Part shown: piece by piece, positions 46,054-55,251 of the stretch
Layout of the letters: each line of letters opens with the position of its first letter
Position numbering within the stretch: the first letter of the stretch is position 1
Origin: Vampirovibrio chlorellavorus
Lineage (GTDB): Bacteria; Cyanobacteriota; Vampirovibrionia; Vampirovibrionales; Vampirovibrionaceae
Assembly (NCBI GenBank): GCA_003149345.1
Contig: QFWI01000019.1
Coordinates: 61,397-125,396 of the forward strand
DNA length: 64,000 nucleotides
Direction: 5' to 3'
Notes under the pieces: model-generated
What the model saw: only the letters and a program-made list of their open reading frames with translations
Databases searched by the model: none
Told to the model about the DNA's origin: nothing
Position numbers and translations under genes: made by a program

Positions 46054-47580
46054 CTAGTTGTTGTAAAAAAGCACCTGGCCTTGCCAATTTTTCGGTCTTG
46101 CCTGAGAGGGCGGCAAGGGCTGACTCTGTTTCAGGATAGCGCCCGTGGAAGACAAGATGGCCGAAATGCCGGTATTGCTGGCAATGGCCAGCGGGGTTTT
46201 GCTTTCGGCGGCCCGCAGTTGGCCAATGGCCAGAAACTGGGCTTCAATCAGCGGGTTTTGATGAAACCAGCCCAGGTTGCTGAGGTTGATGAGTAACTCC
46301 ACATTTTGCTTGCGATAAGCCTGGCTGAACCATCCGTCGATGAGTTCAAAACAGACCAGCCCCCCCAGTTGGTATTTGCCTGCCACTAAAGGTTGCGTAC
46401 TTTGCCCCATGCTGTAGGGGGCGGAGTAATCCACCTGAAATGTTTGCAGGATGCTGCTGAGTGCCGCTCCCAACTGGTAAGGGGTGTATTCTCCGAAGGG
46501 TACCAGTCGTCGCTTGTGGTAAAAACGGATGGGCTCCGTTTTTGTGCCGGGTAATAGCGCAATACTGTTGAACAGTCGCCCATTTGAAGAGTGGCTACTA
46601 ATACCCACCGCAATGTAAACGCTTTTTTGTTGGGCCAGATGGGCCAGTTGTTCCAAAAGAGGGTTGCTCAGGGGGGTGTCCAGGTTGACCAGACCCGGTA
46701 CCGCTCCCTCTTCCGGGAGTAAAATCAGGCTGCCTGCTGGAAAATTACGGGTCTGAATGGGTTGTAAATAAGCCGGATCAATTTCCCGTAGGGTTAATTG
46801 GCCCGAGCGAATCAACTCAATGGGTAAATTGGCCTGAACGATGGCCAGCGGCATAGGGAGTGACCTGAGGTTTCTTGGCTCCGGCAGGGCGTTTAATAAA
46901 GCCAATATGGCCGGGACGCACAGCAGGCTGAATAGACTGAGCTTTGGCCTCAGTTTTGAGTGCGCTGCGGTGACTGACTGAAGGCTTTCGGCCAGCAGAA
47001 TGGCAAAAAACACCAGGAGCGCCGTCACCCCCAGTCCTCCCAGCTGGCCAGCCAGCCAGCGCAGGGGCCATACTCCGGCCTGGGTGTATTCCAGCAAGCC
47101 CCAGGGCAGAGCCAGCGGGGTGGCGTTCAACAACGCAAAAAGGCTAATCCAGGCCAAGGGCAGGCCAAGGAGTCTCAAAACAAAAGGCTGCTTACGGCCA
47201 GCCAGCCCAAAAAACAGGCTGGTTAACAGCCCACCCTCCGCTCCAATCAACAGCCAGCCAGCCAGCGTGACCAAGCGGCTACTTATTTCATCAAAGCCCA
47301 GCCAGGTCAACGGGTGCAGATCAAAAAACCAGGCGCAGTAAATGGCCTGAAAGCAAAATCCGAACCAAAACCCGCCCCAGACTCTTTGTTTCAGTGTGTC
47401 GCCACGGTAGGCCCAAAGCAACGCCGGGGCAATGGACAGCCAGGCCAGCCACCAGTGGTTGTATCCCGGCGCGCTAAGCCCTAATAACATCCCAAACAGG
47501 GCCATCCAGAGCGGATACTGTATCAATTTGGCATCCAACACGGTCTGACCAATGGCGGATTTTGAAAATGGGGCTATCAT
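46054..47580 (-). CDS. lnt: Apolipoprotein N-acyltransferase
   Basis: 508 aa with an N-terminal polytopic region and a C-terminal CN-hydrolase domain (LILLPEEGAVPG...YHKRRLVPFGEY.P...GGLVCFELI). Confidence 0.85.
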   Translation of the reverse strand: MIAPFSKSAIGQTVLDAKLIQYPLWMALFGMLLGLSAPGYNHWWLAWLSIAPALLWAYRGDTLKQRVWGGFWFGFCFQAIYCAWFFDLHPLTWLGFDEISSRLVTLAGWLLIGAEGGLLTSLFFGLAGRKQPFVLRLLGLPLAWISLFALLNATPLALPWGLLEYTQAGVWPLRWLAGQLGGLGVTALLVFFAILLAESLQSVTAAHSKLRPKLSLFSLLCVPAILALLNALPEPRNLRSLPMPLAIVQANLPIELIRSGQLTLREIDPAYLQPIQTRNFPAGSLILLPEEGAVPGLVNLDTPLSNPLLEQLAHLAQQKSVYIAVGISSHSSNGRLFNSIALLPGTKTEPIRFYHKRRLVPFGEYTPYQLGAALSSILQTFQVDYSAPYSMGQSTQPLVAGKYQLGGLVCFELIDGWFSQAYRKQNVELLINLSNLGWFHQNPLIEAQFLAIGQLRAAESKTPLAIASNTGISAILSSTGAILKQSQPLPPSQARPKNWQGQVLFYNN

Positions 47581-47597
47581 GCTGGGGTATCGTCTCT

Positions 47598-47606
47598 TGC
47601 TATAAT
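47598..47606 (+). promoter_or_regulatory. Candidate extended -10 promoter element (TGcTATAAT) for ruvC
   Basis: ttgctataat at 47597-47606. The hexamer ends 6 nt before the ruvC ATG (47613), which would give a leaderless or near-leaderless mRNA. No convincing -35 element. Confidence 0.3.
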
Positions 47607-47612
47607 GCCGCT

Positions 47613-48149
47613 ATGAGAATTTTAGGCATCGATCCGGGATTAGGGAGAGTGGGCTTTGGCCTGGTGGAAACCGTTCGGGATACCAATCAGTCCACAGGCT
47701 GGGCGGGAGAGGAATTCGGGGCATGCCAATGGGGCATCATCGCCACCACCAAAGATAAGTCGGACGGGGCCCGTCTGCAAGAAATTCACGACGATCTGAC
47801 CCAGGTGATCGAGCAGCTTCAGCCCGATGTGGTGTCTCTGGAGCGACTGTTTTACTTTCGGAACAACACCACCATTATACCGGTGGCCCAGGCCCGGGGG
47901 GTCATCCTGATGCTGACCCATCGCTTTGACTTGCCGGTGTACGAATATACCCCCATGCAGGTCAAGCAGGCGGTTACCGGCTATGGTAAGGCTGAAAAAG
48001 CGGAGGTACAGGAGGCTTTAATTCAGTTGCTGAAGCTGGATAAGAAGCCTACACCGGATGATGCCGCGGATGGCCTGGCTTTGGCTGTTTGCTACTACAA
48101 TCAGGTGGGTCGGTTGCATGTGCTGCAAGGGGCTTCTGGCTTGCCTTAG
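47613..48149 (+). CDS. ruvC: Holliday junction resolvase RuvC
   Basis: ORF 47562..48149. The ATG at 47613 gives MRILGIDPGLGRVGFGLVE...VSLERLFYFRN...AQARGV...EYTP.QVKQAVTGYGKAEK.EV...PDDAADGLALAV. Confidence 0.9.
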   Translation: MRILGIDPGLGRVGFGLVETVRDTNQSTGWAGEEFGACQWGIIATTKDKSDGARLQEIHDDLTQVIEQLQPDVVSLERLFYFRNNTTIIPVAQARGVILMLTHRFDLPVYEYTPMQVKQAVTGYGKAEKAEVQEALIQLLKLDKKPTPDDAADGLALAVCYYNQVGRLHVLQGASGLP

Positions 48150-48254
48150 CGAAAAGTCCTATGGGGCTTGCGTTGTGGGCGGAGTTGTTCCGCTGGCGTG
48201 TTTTGGATAGAGTTGAAATATATGCCATCAGCACAATGAGATGAGGATTTTGGT

Positions 48255-49274
48255 ATGCAGCAGGCAGTACGTGTGGCCGTTTTTGGTTTCGGTGGATTGG
48301 GCAAGGGGATGGCCCGTCTAATTCCCCATCGCCCTGATTTCAAATTGGTCGCCGTGGCCGATAGCCAGGGCTTTGCCTTTAACGCCAATGGCCTGTCTCT
48401 GACCGAATCTTACGAGCTGAGCCAGCCTCTACATTCCGATTCGGACTCGATTATCAGCCTGCTAAAGGCCCATGCCGACGAGATTGACGCTGTGTTTATG
48501 GCACTGCCCAACTTGCCGGTGGAATTTTTTGCCGATACCGTGAAGCGAATTGTGGCTGAAACTGGCTTCAAAGGGGTGTTTGTGGATGCCCTGAAGCGCA
48601 CTGAAGCCGTGGAGCGTTTGTTTGATCTGCATGACGCATTGCGGGAACAAGGCATTTTGTACGTCACCGGGGCGGGCGCTACGCCCGGCTTCCTGACCAC
48701 CGTGGCCGCCGTGGCCGCTCACTCCTTTGTGGAAGTGCTGGATGTGAACATCCACTTTGGGGTGGGGATTGCCAACTGGGAAGCCTATAAAGCCACCGTG
48801 CGGGAAGATTTTATTCACCTGGAAGGCTTTGATGCCAAGCGGGTGGCCTGCATGAGCGACGAAGAGATCGCCGAAGAGCTGAGCGTACGCAACGGTCTGC
48901 TGAAGCTGGTGGACATGGAACATGCTGATGATGTCATTCTGGAACTGGCAGGCGTTTGCCCCCGGGATCGGGTTCGTGTAGGCGGTTTGGTGGATACCCG
49001 TAACGCCAAAAAACCGGTGAATACTACCGTTACGGTAACGGGTCGCACCATGAGCGGCGCTGTTGGCAGTCATCAGTTTGTGGTCAGCGATGAAGCCACC
49101 ATGGTGGACAACGTTTGCGGTCCTGCTTTGGGCTTTATGCTACGGGCTGCTGAAATGCATCTGCGTGGCTTTTACGGCCTGATTACTTCCGCTGACATTA
49201 TGCCTCGCTTTGCCAGCCGGGTACCGGGCGCTGAAGCGCAACCCCTGCAAGCGGAAATGGCCCTGAGCGTCTAG
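48255..49274 (+). CDS. NAD(P)-binding Rossmann-fold dehydrogenase-like protein (saccharopine/homoserine-dehydrogenase-like); possible BioU-type biotin enzyme
   Basis: 339 aa with an N-terminal VAVFGFGGLGKGMA dinucleotide-binding motif and GAGGA 7 nt upstream of the ATG. It ends 19 nt before bioD on the same strand. The coding call is secure; the function is uncertain. Confidence 0.6.
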   Translation: MQQAVRVAVFGFGGLGKGMARLIPHRPDFKLVAVADSQGFAFNANGLSLTESYELSQPLHSDSDSIISLLKAHADEIDAVFMALPNLPVEFFADTVKRIVAETGFKGVFVDALKRTEAVERLFDLHDALREQGILYVTGAGATPGFLTTVAAVAAHSFVEVLDVNIHFGVGIANWEAYKATVREDFIHLEGFDAKRVACMSDEEIAEELSVRNGLLKLVDMEHADDVILELAGVCPRDRVRVGGLVDTRNAKKPVNTTVTVTGRTMSGAVGSHQFVVSDEATMVDNVCGPALGFMLRAAEMHLRGFYGLITSADIMPRFASRVPGAEAQPLQAEMALSV

Positions 49275-49293
49275 GCTGTTCGGGCTGGGGCTG

Positions 49294-50001
49294 ATGTCTC
49301 TGTTTATTACCGGTACAGATACCGGGGTTGGTAAAACCGTTATGACTGCCGGGTTGGCGGCCTTGCTAACCCGGCAAGGTAAATCGTTCTGCGTGTTTAA
49401 GCCCATTCAAACTGGTTCACCGGACGCCAATCACCCGGAAGATCCAGAGCAGGTCAAACATTGGGTCAATGCGGAAGTGCCCACCTATTGTACGTACTGC
49501 TTTTCCTCGCCAGTGGCCCCTTACGCCGCTGATCCAGAGCGAACCATTCAACCTCGGCGTATTTTGACCCAGTTCAAGGAGCTACAGTCTCGCTATGAGG
49601 TGGTGTTGGTAGAAGGCGCCGGTGGCGTGCGTGTCCCGGTCGCCCCGCACTTTGAAATGCTGGATTTGGCGCGCATGTTGCAGTTGCCCGTGGTGGTGGT
49701 GGCCCGTCCCAACCTGGGAACCATGAACCACACGTTGCTCACGGTAGACGCCTTACTCTCGCAGCGGTTGGAGGTAAAAGGGGTTGTATTTTCCAATTGG
49801 CGAGCGGATGATCCCGATCCGGCCGTGCATAGTTTGCGGGAAACAATAGAACCGTTTCTCCCGGTGCCCATTTTGGGATTATTGCCACCCTTGCCCCAAA
49901 CAGCGAGAGGTTTTCTGGAGGATGCGGTGATTGCACAGTTTGAAGGTCTTCATTTACTGGAAGAGCCTCACTTACTGGAAGAATCCTACGCACTGAGATA
50001 A
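49294..50001 (+). CDS. bioD: Dethiobiotin synthetase
   Basis: 235 aa: LFITGTDTGVGKTV...KPIQTG...VLVEGAGG..VP... Confidence 0.9.
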   Translation: MSLFITGTDTGVGKTVMTAGLAALLTRQGKSFCVFKPIQTGSPDANHPEDPEQVKHWVNAEVPTYCTYCFSSPVAPYAADPERTIQPRRILTQFKELQSRYEVVLVEGAGGVRVPVAPHFEMLDLARMLQLPVVVVARPNLGTMNHTLLTVDALLSQRLEVKGVVFSNWRADDPDPAVHSLRETIEPFLPVPILGLLPPLPQTARGFLEDAVIAQFEGLHLLEEPHLLEESYALR

Positions 50002-50152
50002 TTCAGCCGACAATCTGCTGGGCAGTGGCCTTCAAACAACGTATTTCCTGCCTTCTGAAGCGCACGAAACAACCTGGAGCGCCCGGAACCACAAGCTCGT
50101 GATGCGGGCTGGTTATGGTTTGGCCTTTTTTTGATGAATCAGTCTGGATGAA

Positions 50153-51646
50153 TCAGGAGACGGACTGGCCAAAGTAATTCAGGTTGGGGTTCCGGGCGGC
50201 GGCCACTTCATCCACTTTGCTGACCGGCGTGGTATGGGGAGCGTTCAGCACAAGCGCTGGTTGGGTTCGGCACTCCTCGGCAATGGCCTTCATGGCCGCC
50301 ACAAACTGATCCAGCGTGGCTTTGGACTCGGTTTCGGTGGGCTCAATCATCATGGCCTCCGGTACAATCAGGGGAAAGTACACGGTGGGCGGATGATAGC
50401 CATAATCCATCAGCCGTTTGACGATGGCCATGGTGTTCAAGTGGGCGTCATGCACCTTTTGCTTGGCGTTGGTCAAGATAAACTCGTGCTTGCAGACCTG
50501 ATCAAAAGCCACCTGATAGTCTTCTTGCAAGCAGGCTTTGAGGTAGTTGGCGTTCAACACGGCATCCTGACTAACCTGAGACAGTCCTTCCGCCCCGTAG
50601 GCCAGAATATAGGTCAGGGATCGGGCCATCATCTCAAAATTGCCGTAAAAAGCCTTCACTTTACCCACCGACAAGGGCCGATCCTCATTCAGGAAGTATT
50701 GCTGCCCATCGAAATCGGCAATGGGAGCGGGCAGGTAAGGAGCCAGGGTTTTGGTCACGGCCACCGGTCCACAGCCGGGGCCTCCACCGCCATGCGGGGT
50801 AGCCAAAGTTTTGTGCGTGTTGATGTGCATCACATCGAAGCCCATTTGGGCCGGTTTGGCCTGGCCCATCACGGCGTTCAGGTTGGCCCCGTCATAGTAC
50901 ATAAAGGCGCCCACCTCATGCACCAGGCGGGTGATTTCCAGAATGTCCTTCTCAAATAGCCCCACTGTGCTGGGATTGGTCAGCATCACAGCAGCGGTTT
51001 TATTGGAGAGCGCCGCTTTGAGGCGTTCCAGATCCACCAGACCGTTGGCCCCGGATTTGATTTCCACGATGTTATAGCCGCACATGGCCGCTGAAGCGGG
51101 ATTGGTGCCGTGGGCGGAGTCCGGCACAATCACTTCGGTGCGCTGGGTGTCCCCGATGTGGGCGAAATGGGCCTTGATCATCATAATGCCCACCAGTTCC
51201 CCTTGGGCACCGGCGGCTTGCTGCAGGCTGACAGCGTCAAAGCCGGTAATATCGGCCAAATACTGTTGCAAGGTATAAATAATCTTCAAAGCGCCTTGGC
51301 TCAAATGGGCTGGCGTCAAGGGGTGCAGGCGGGTTAATCCATCCAGCATGCCGTAATAGTCGCACACCTTGGGGTTGTACTTCATGGTGCAGGAGCCCAG
51401 CGGGTAAAACTCCTTGTCAATACAATGATTCAGCTGAGACAAACGCAGGAAGTGCCGCACGGCGTCCATTTGAGAGATTTCTGGCAGGCGAGGGGCCGTT
51501 TCTCTCAAAAATTCCGGGGGAATCAAGGACTCCAGGGGCTTTTCCTCAACACCCACCGCTGGCAGGCAGACCCCTTGGGCCCCAGCGTGGGAGCGTTCAA
51601 AAATGGAGGGTTCCAATACACGTGTTTCCGACAGGGGGGCGGTCAT
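50153..51646 (-). CDS. gcvPB: Glycine dehydrogenase (decarboxylating) subunit 2
   Basis: 497 aa: LGSCTMKYNP...the PLP-lysine context MHINTHKTLATPHGGGGPG. The start ATG overlaps the gcvPA stop (TAATG). Confidence 0.95.
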   Translation of the reverse strand: MTAPLSETRVLEPSIFERSHAGAQGVCLPAVGVEEKPLESLIPPEFLRETAPRLPEISQMDAVRHFLRLSQLNHCIDKEFYPLGSCTMKYNPKVCDYYGMLDGLTRLHPLTPAHLSQGALKIIYTLQQYLADITGFDAVSLQQAAGAQGELVGIMMIKAHFAHIGDTQRTEVIVPDSAHGTNPASAAMCGYNIVEIKSGANGLVDLERLKAALSNKTAAVMLTNPSTVGLFEKDILEITRLVHEVGAFMYYDGANLNAVMGQAKPAQMGFDVMHINTHKTLATPHGGGGPGCGPVAVTKTLAPYLPAPIADFDGQQYFLNEDRPLSVGKVKAFYGNFEMMARSLTYILAYGAEGLSQVSQDAVLNANYLKACLQEDYQVAFDQVCKHEFILTNAKQKVHDAHLNTMAIVKRLMDYGYHPPTVYFPLIVPEAMMIEPTETESKATLDQFVAAMKAIAEECRTQPALVLNAPHTTPVSKVDEVAAARNPNLNYFGQSVS

Positions 51647-53061
51647 TAGCAGGTGGCCTCCATTTGTTGCAGCAGCTCGGCGGGTTGTGGGGTGCCGGGT
51701 GGGGCATTCAGCTTCAGGTACTCTTTGACCGCCTGCACATAACGATCAATCTCGCTGGGCAGGGTCATTTCGGTGCAGGCAATCAGCAGGCAGTTTTGGG
51801 CGTCCGGGTAGAAGCGCTCCAGGGCAATGCCAGCCAAAATGCCCTGTTGCTCCAGATGCTGGAGCAATGGGGCAACCGGCACCGGGAAGCGCAAGGCTAC
51901 TTCGGCAAAGAACGGCTGCCCGGCTTGATACAGGGTGATGCCAGGTAGCTTGCGCAACTGGCTGGCCAGCGTATGGGTACGCTGTAGGGAGAGATTGGCC
52001 AGGTGCTTCAATCCGTTGGGCCCCACTAAGGTCATGTAAACGGTTGCTTTAAGCACGTTTAGGGCCTGGTTGGTACAGATATTGCTGGTGGCCTTCTCTC
52101 GGCGGATGTGTTGTTCCCGGGTTTGCAGGGTCAGCGTGTAGCACTGCTTCCCGTTGCGATCCACTGTTTTACCGACCAACCGGCCCGGCAATTGCCGGAC
52201 ATACTTACTTTTGGTGGCGATATACCCCCCGTAAGGGCCCCCAAATGAAAGGTTGTTGCCCAGGGGTTGGATGTCCCCGGTCACAATATCAGCGCCGTAG
52301 CTGCCAGGCGCTTTGAGCAGCCCCAGGGAAACGGGCTCCGCAGAAACGATAAAGAGGGCGCCAGTGGCCTCGCAAAATTGCTGAATGACTTTAGGATCTT
52401 CCAGCCCACCCCAGTAGTTGGGGATTTGCATAACCACGCAGGCGGTTTGTTGGGCTTGTGGATGATGAGGGCTGAGGATTTCTCCGGGTTTCAACGGATC
52501 AAAAGTGTCCACGCTCACCTCGCCGAGTCCCTTGGCGTAGGTTTCCAGCACCTTGCGATAATCCGGATTGACCGAGTTGGCGACGAGAATGCGGTTGCGG
52601 CGGGTGGTGCGCATGGCCATAAAGGCCGCTTCCGTCACTGCGGAAGCCCCATCGTAGACCGAAGCGTTGGCCACATCCATGCCGGTCAATTCGCAAATCA
52701 TGGTCTGGAACTCATAGGTGACTTGCAGGGTGCCTTGGGCGATTTCCGGCTGGTAGGGGGTGTAGGCGGTGTAAAATTCCGAACGGCTGGCAATGGTATT
52801 CACAGCCATGGGGATAAACCGGTTATAGGCTCCGCCTCCTAAAAAGCAGGCCAGCTCTGTGCCTTTGTTCTGGTGGGCCAAGGCTTGCAACTCGGCCTGT
52901 AATTCCATTTCGGTCAGGCCCTGACTGGGCAGCACGGTGTACTCTATGTTCTGGCGCAAGGAGGTCGGGATGTCGCTGAACAGGGCGTCAATATTTTTTA
53001 CCCCGATTTTAGCCAGCATCAACTGACGTTCCGCCTCGGTGTGGGGAAGAAAGTTATACAT
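51646..53061 (-). CDS. gcvPA: Glycine dehydrogenase (decarboxylating) subunit 1
   Basis: ORF 51646..53160. The ATG at 53061 gives MYNFLPHTEAERQLMLAKIG...FLGGGAY...YTPYQPEIAQGTLQ... Confidence 0.93.
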   Translation of the reverse strand: MYNFLPHTEAERQLMLAKIGVKNIDALFSDIPTSLRQNIEYTVLPSQGLTEMELQAELQALAHQNKGTELACFLGGGAYNRFIPMAVNTIASRSEFYTAYTPYQPEIAQGTLQVTYEFQTMICELTGMDVANASVYDGASAVTEAAFMAMRTTRRNRILVANSVNPDYRKVLETYAKGLGEVSVDTFDPLKPGEILSPHHPQAQQTACVVMQIPNYWGGLEDPKVIQQFCEATGALFIVSAEPVSLGLLKAPGSYGADIVTGDIQPLGNNLSFGGPYGGYIATKSKYVRQLPGRLVGKTVDRNGKQCYTLTLQTREQHIRREKATSNICTNQALNVLKATVYMTLVGPNGLKHLANLSLQRTHTLASQLRKLPGITLYQAGQPFFAEVALRFPVPVAPLLQHLEQQGILAGIALERFYPDAQNCLLIACTEMTLPSEIDRYVQAVKEYLKLNAPPGTPQPAELLQQMEATC

Positions 53062-53205
53062 CACTTTGCCTTTCCTCTCTGTATGCAGCCTTTTTTGGAT
53101 GCTTTGGCGCGCGCTGCGCCTGGTTACCCCGACAGTACCACTTGCTGGAATGCCGTTCACGAATCAGGTTTTCTCGGCAGGACATTCGTAAACAGCAACA
53201 TGGAT

Positions 53206-53234
53206 ATTATAGTATGACGATTTGACCCCGCCAA
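53206..53234 (-). promoter_or_regulatory. Candidate sigma-70 promoter inside the gcvH-gcvPA spacer (TTGGCG-17-TATAAT)
   Basis: On the minus strand, TTGGCG (rc of 53229-53234), a 17-nt spacer, then TATAAT (rc of 53206-53211). It lies about 145 nt upstream of the gcvPA ATG. Confidence 0.3.
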
Positions 53235-53290
53235 GTGAGTAAGCGCAGTTTACTGGTTAGAGCCGGTTAAGACAAAAGCGGTGACTGGTT

Positions 53291-53692
53291 TTAGTTGGCT
53301 TCGCCAATGAATTTCAGGTAGCTGTCGGCATCCATCAACTTTTTCAAGTCGTCCGGGTTGGAGAGCAGAATTTCCAGCATCCAGCCGCCGTTGTAAGGAT
53401 CATCGTTGACCATCTGAGGCTCTTCGCTGAGTTGGGTGTTCACGGCGATAATTTCACCGGCCACGGGCAAGTAAAGTTCCGATTGGGCTTTTACGGACTC
53501 AATGGACCCAAAGGATTCATTCTGGTCAAAGGTTTGACCCACATCGGGCAATTCCACAAACACAATGTCGCCCAATTGTCCGGCGGCGTATTCGGTAATG
53601 CCGACCCGCACCCGATCATCATCCATGGTACGGACATATTCGTGAGTTTCTGCAACTAAAATGTCATCCGGCATAATGAATTCGGTCGCCAT
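53291..53692 (-). CDS. gcvH: Glycine cleavage system H protein
   Basis: 133 aa with the lipoyl-lysine context FGSIESVKAQSELYLPVAGEI. Confidence 0.95.
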   Translation of the reverse strand: MATEFIMPDDILVAETHEYVRTMDDDRVRVGITEYAAGQLGDIVFVELPDVGQTFDQNESFGSIESVKAQSELYLPVAGEIIAVNTQLSEEPQMVNDDPYNGGWMLEILLSNPDDLKKLMDADSYLKFIGEAN

Positions 53693-53715
53693 GGGGGGTA
53701 ATCTCCTAACGGGCT

Positions 53716-54894
53716 CTACTTCTGATAAAAAGGTCTTTCAACGATCTCAGCGTCCACATCCACCCCGCGTACCCGGATTTGAATGGTGTCACCCGGGCCG
53801 ATGACCGTTTGGGAGCGAATATATCCCATGCCAATAGGCACGTTGAACAGGGGCGAAATGGAGCCGCTGGTTACAGTACCCACCGGTGCACCGTTTTTAT
53901 AAATGATATCGTGCTGGCGGGCAATGGTTCGTTTGTTGATGGTAAAACAATAAAATTCCTTGTCCAGCCCTTTTTCCTGTTGTTGGAGGAGAGCCTGTTT
54001 GCCGATGAAGTCTCCCGGCTTGTTGAGCTTGACTGACCAGGCCAGCCCCGCCTCCAGAGGCGTGTCGGACTCAGAAATATCGTGCCCGTGCAAGGGATAC
54101 GCCGCTTCCAGGCGCAAGGTATCTCGCGCGCCCAGTCCGATGGGTTGCAGTCCAACGGGTTTCCCCAAATCCAGCAGTAAATCCCAGAGATATTCCGCTT
54201 TGGCTGCCGGAACAATGATTTCTACGCCATCTTCGCCCGTATAGCCGGTTCTGGACAGAAGCACGGATGCCTCCTGGATGGTGGCGTCCGAAAGCTGGAA
54301 CCGTTTGGGTAGATAGTCCGTATCAAAGCCGGTGCGGGCCAGGATATCGGCAAATAATGGGCCCTGTAAAGCAAACAGGCTGGCTTGCTCGTACAGATCC
54401 TGAACCTGAATCTGTGGATAATGCAGCGCCTTCGATTGTGTTCTCAGCCAGTCAAGGTCTCTCTGGGCGTTGGCCGCGTTGCAGATGACCATGAATTCCT
54501 GAAATTCAGGAAAGGCTGGCAAGTTCGGGAGCATGTAGACAATGACATCATCGATGATGCCGCCCTGTTCGTTTAAAAACTGGGTGTAAATGGCTTTCCC
54601 CGGAAACAGCTTACGCAAATCCTGTGCCACCAGGCGATCCAGAAACGCGCGGCTGGTTTCCACATCGCCGCAGGACACAACCACCAGGGCCATGTGGGAA
54701 ATATCAAACAGCCCTGCCGCCTGGCGGACGGCGTGATGCTCTTCCAGCACTTTGCCGTATTGCAAGGGCATTTGCCAGCCTGCAAAATCAACCATTTTTG
54801 CGCCACGGGACACATGGTTGTGGTAAAGCGGTGTTTGCCTGGAGAACGTTTTTAATTCGGGAGCGTTTGGCTCCGGCGTGGGTTGGGTCGTCAT
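53716..54894 (-). CDS. gcvT: Glycine cleavage system aminomethyltransferase T
   Basis: 392 aa: TPLY..H...GAKMVDFAGW.MPLQY...EHHAVR..AGLFDISHM...SRTGYTGEDG.EI...GLGARDTLRLEA.... Confidence 0.95.
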   Translation of the reverse strand: MTTQPTPEPNAPELKTFSRQTPLYHNHVSRGAKMVDFAGWQMPLQYGKVLEEHHAVRQAAGLFDISHMALVVVSCGDVETSRAFLDRLVAQDLRKLFPGKAIYTQFLNEQGGIIDDVIVYMLPNLPAFPEFQEFMVICNAANAQRDLDWLRTQSKALHYPQIQVQDLYEQASLFALQGPLFADILARTGFDTDYLPKRFQLSDATIQEASVLLSRTGYTGEDGVEIIVPAAKAEYLWDLLLDLGKPVGLQPIGLGARDTLRLEAAYPLHGHDISESDTPLEAGLAWSVKLNKPGDFIGKQALLQQQEKGLDKEFYCFTINKRTIARQHDIIYKNGAPVGTVTSGSISPLFNVPIGMGYIRSQTVIGPGDTIQIRVRGVDVDAEIVERPFYQK

Positions 54895-54928
54895 AAAGTA
54901 GATTTTTCACCAGCCCCTGCCGCTTGTC

Positions 54929-54983
54929 AAATTTAAAAATCCACGGCGCAAATTGCTTGTTAGGAATGGGGCAAGCGGTGTGG
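54929..54983 (-). terminator. Hairpin plus U-tract in the gcvT 5' leader (candidate attenuator / expression platform)
   Basis: On the minus strand, CCACACCGCTTG-loop-CAAGC(AATTT)GCGCCGTGG followed by ATTTTTAAATTT. It ends about 35 nt upstream of the gcvT ATG, inside a 357-bp ORF-free region. Confidence 0.35.
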
Positions 54984-55251
54984 CGCCAGGAAAGGGAACG
55001 CCTCGGGAGCTGAATGCCTACAGCAACCAGAGGGCCAGGGCATAGACCGCGCCCAATAAAGCCAGTTGAACCGTGACGCTTTGCAAAGGATGGACACGAC
55101 TGGCGCTCACGGCGATAGCCTGAGGTTGGGACTTACGCTGCTGGGCGCGGGAATTCGGGTAAGGTCGCATTCAGTCTTACGCTCCATCGTTATCTGCTTC
55201 TATAATCGCTTCGACGTTTTTGGCGAAAACTTTAGGGGGAAATATTTTTTG

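Noticed and set aside
50131-50156. Direct repeat gatgaatcag-tctg-gatgaatcag at the gcvPB stop
   Set aside because: It is two 10-nt copies overlapping the stop codon, with no supporting structure or recurrence.
54895-55251. Canonical tandem glycine riboswitch upstream of gcvT
   Set aside because: The conserved cores (GGAGAG, ACCGAAGGGGCAA, CUCAGGCAAAAGGAC) are not recognisable by eye on either strand. Only the terminator-like hairpin is reported. I also compared the region mentally with RNase P, SRP, tmRNA and 6S signatures and found no match.
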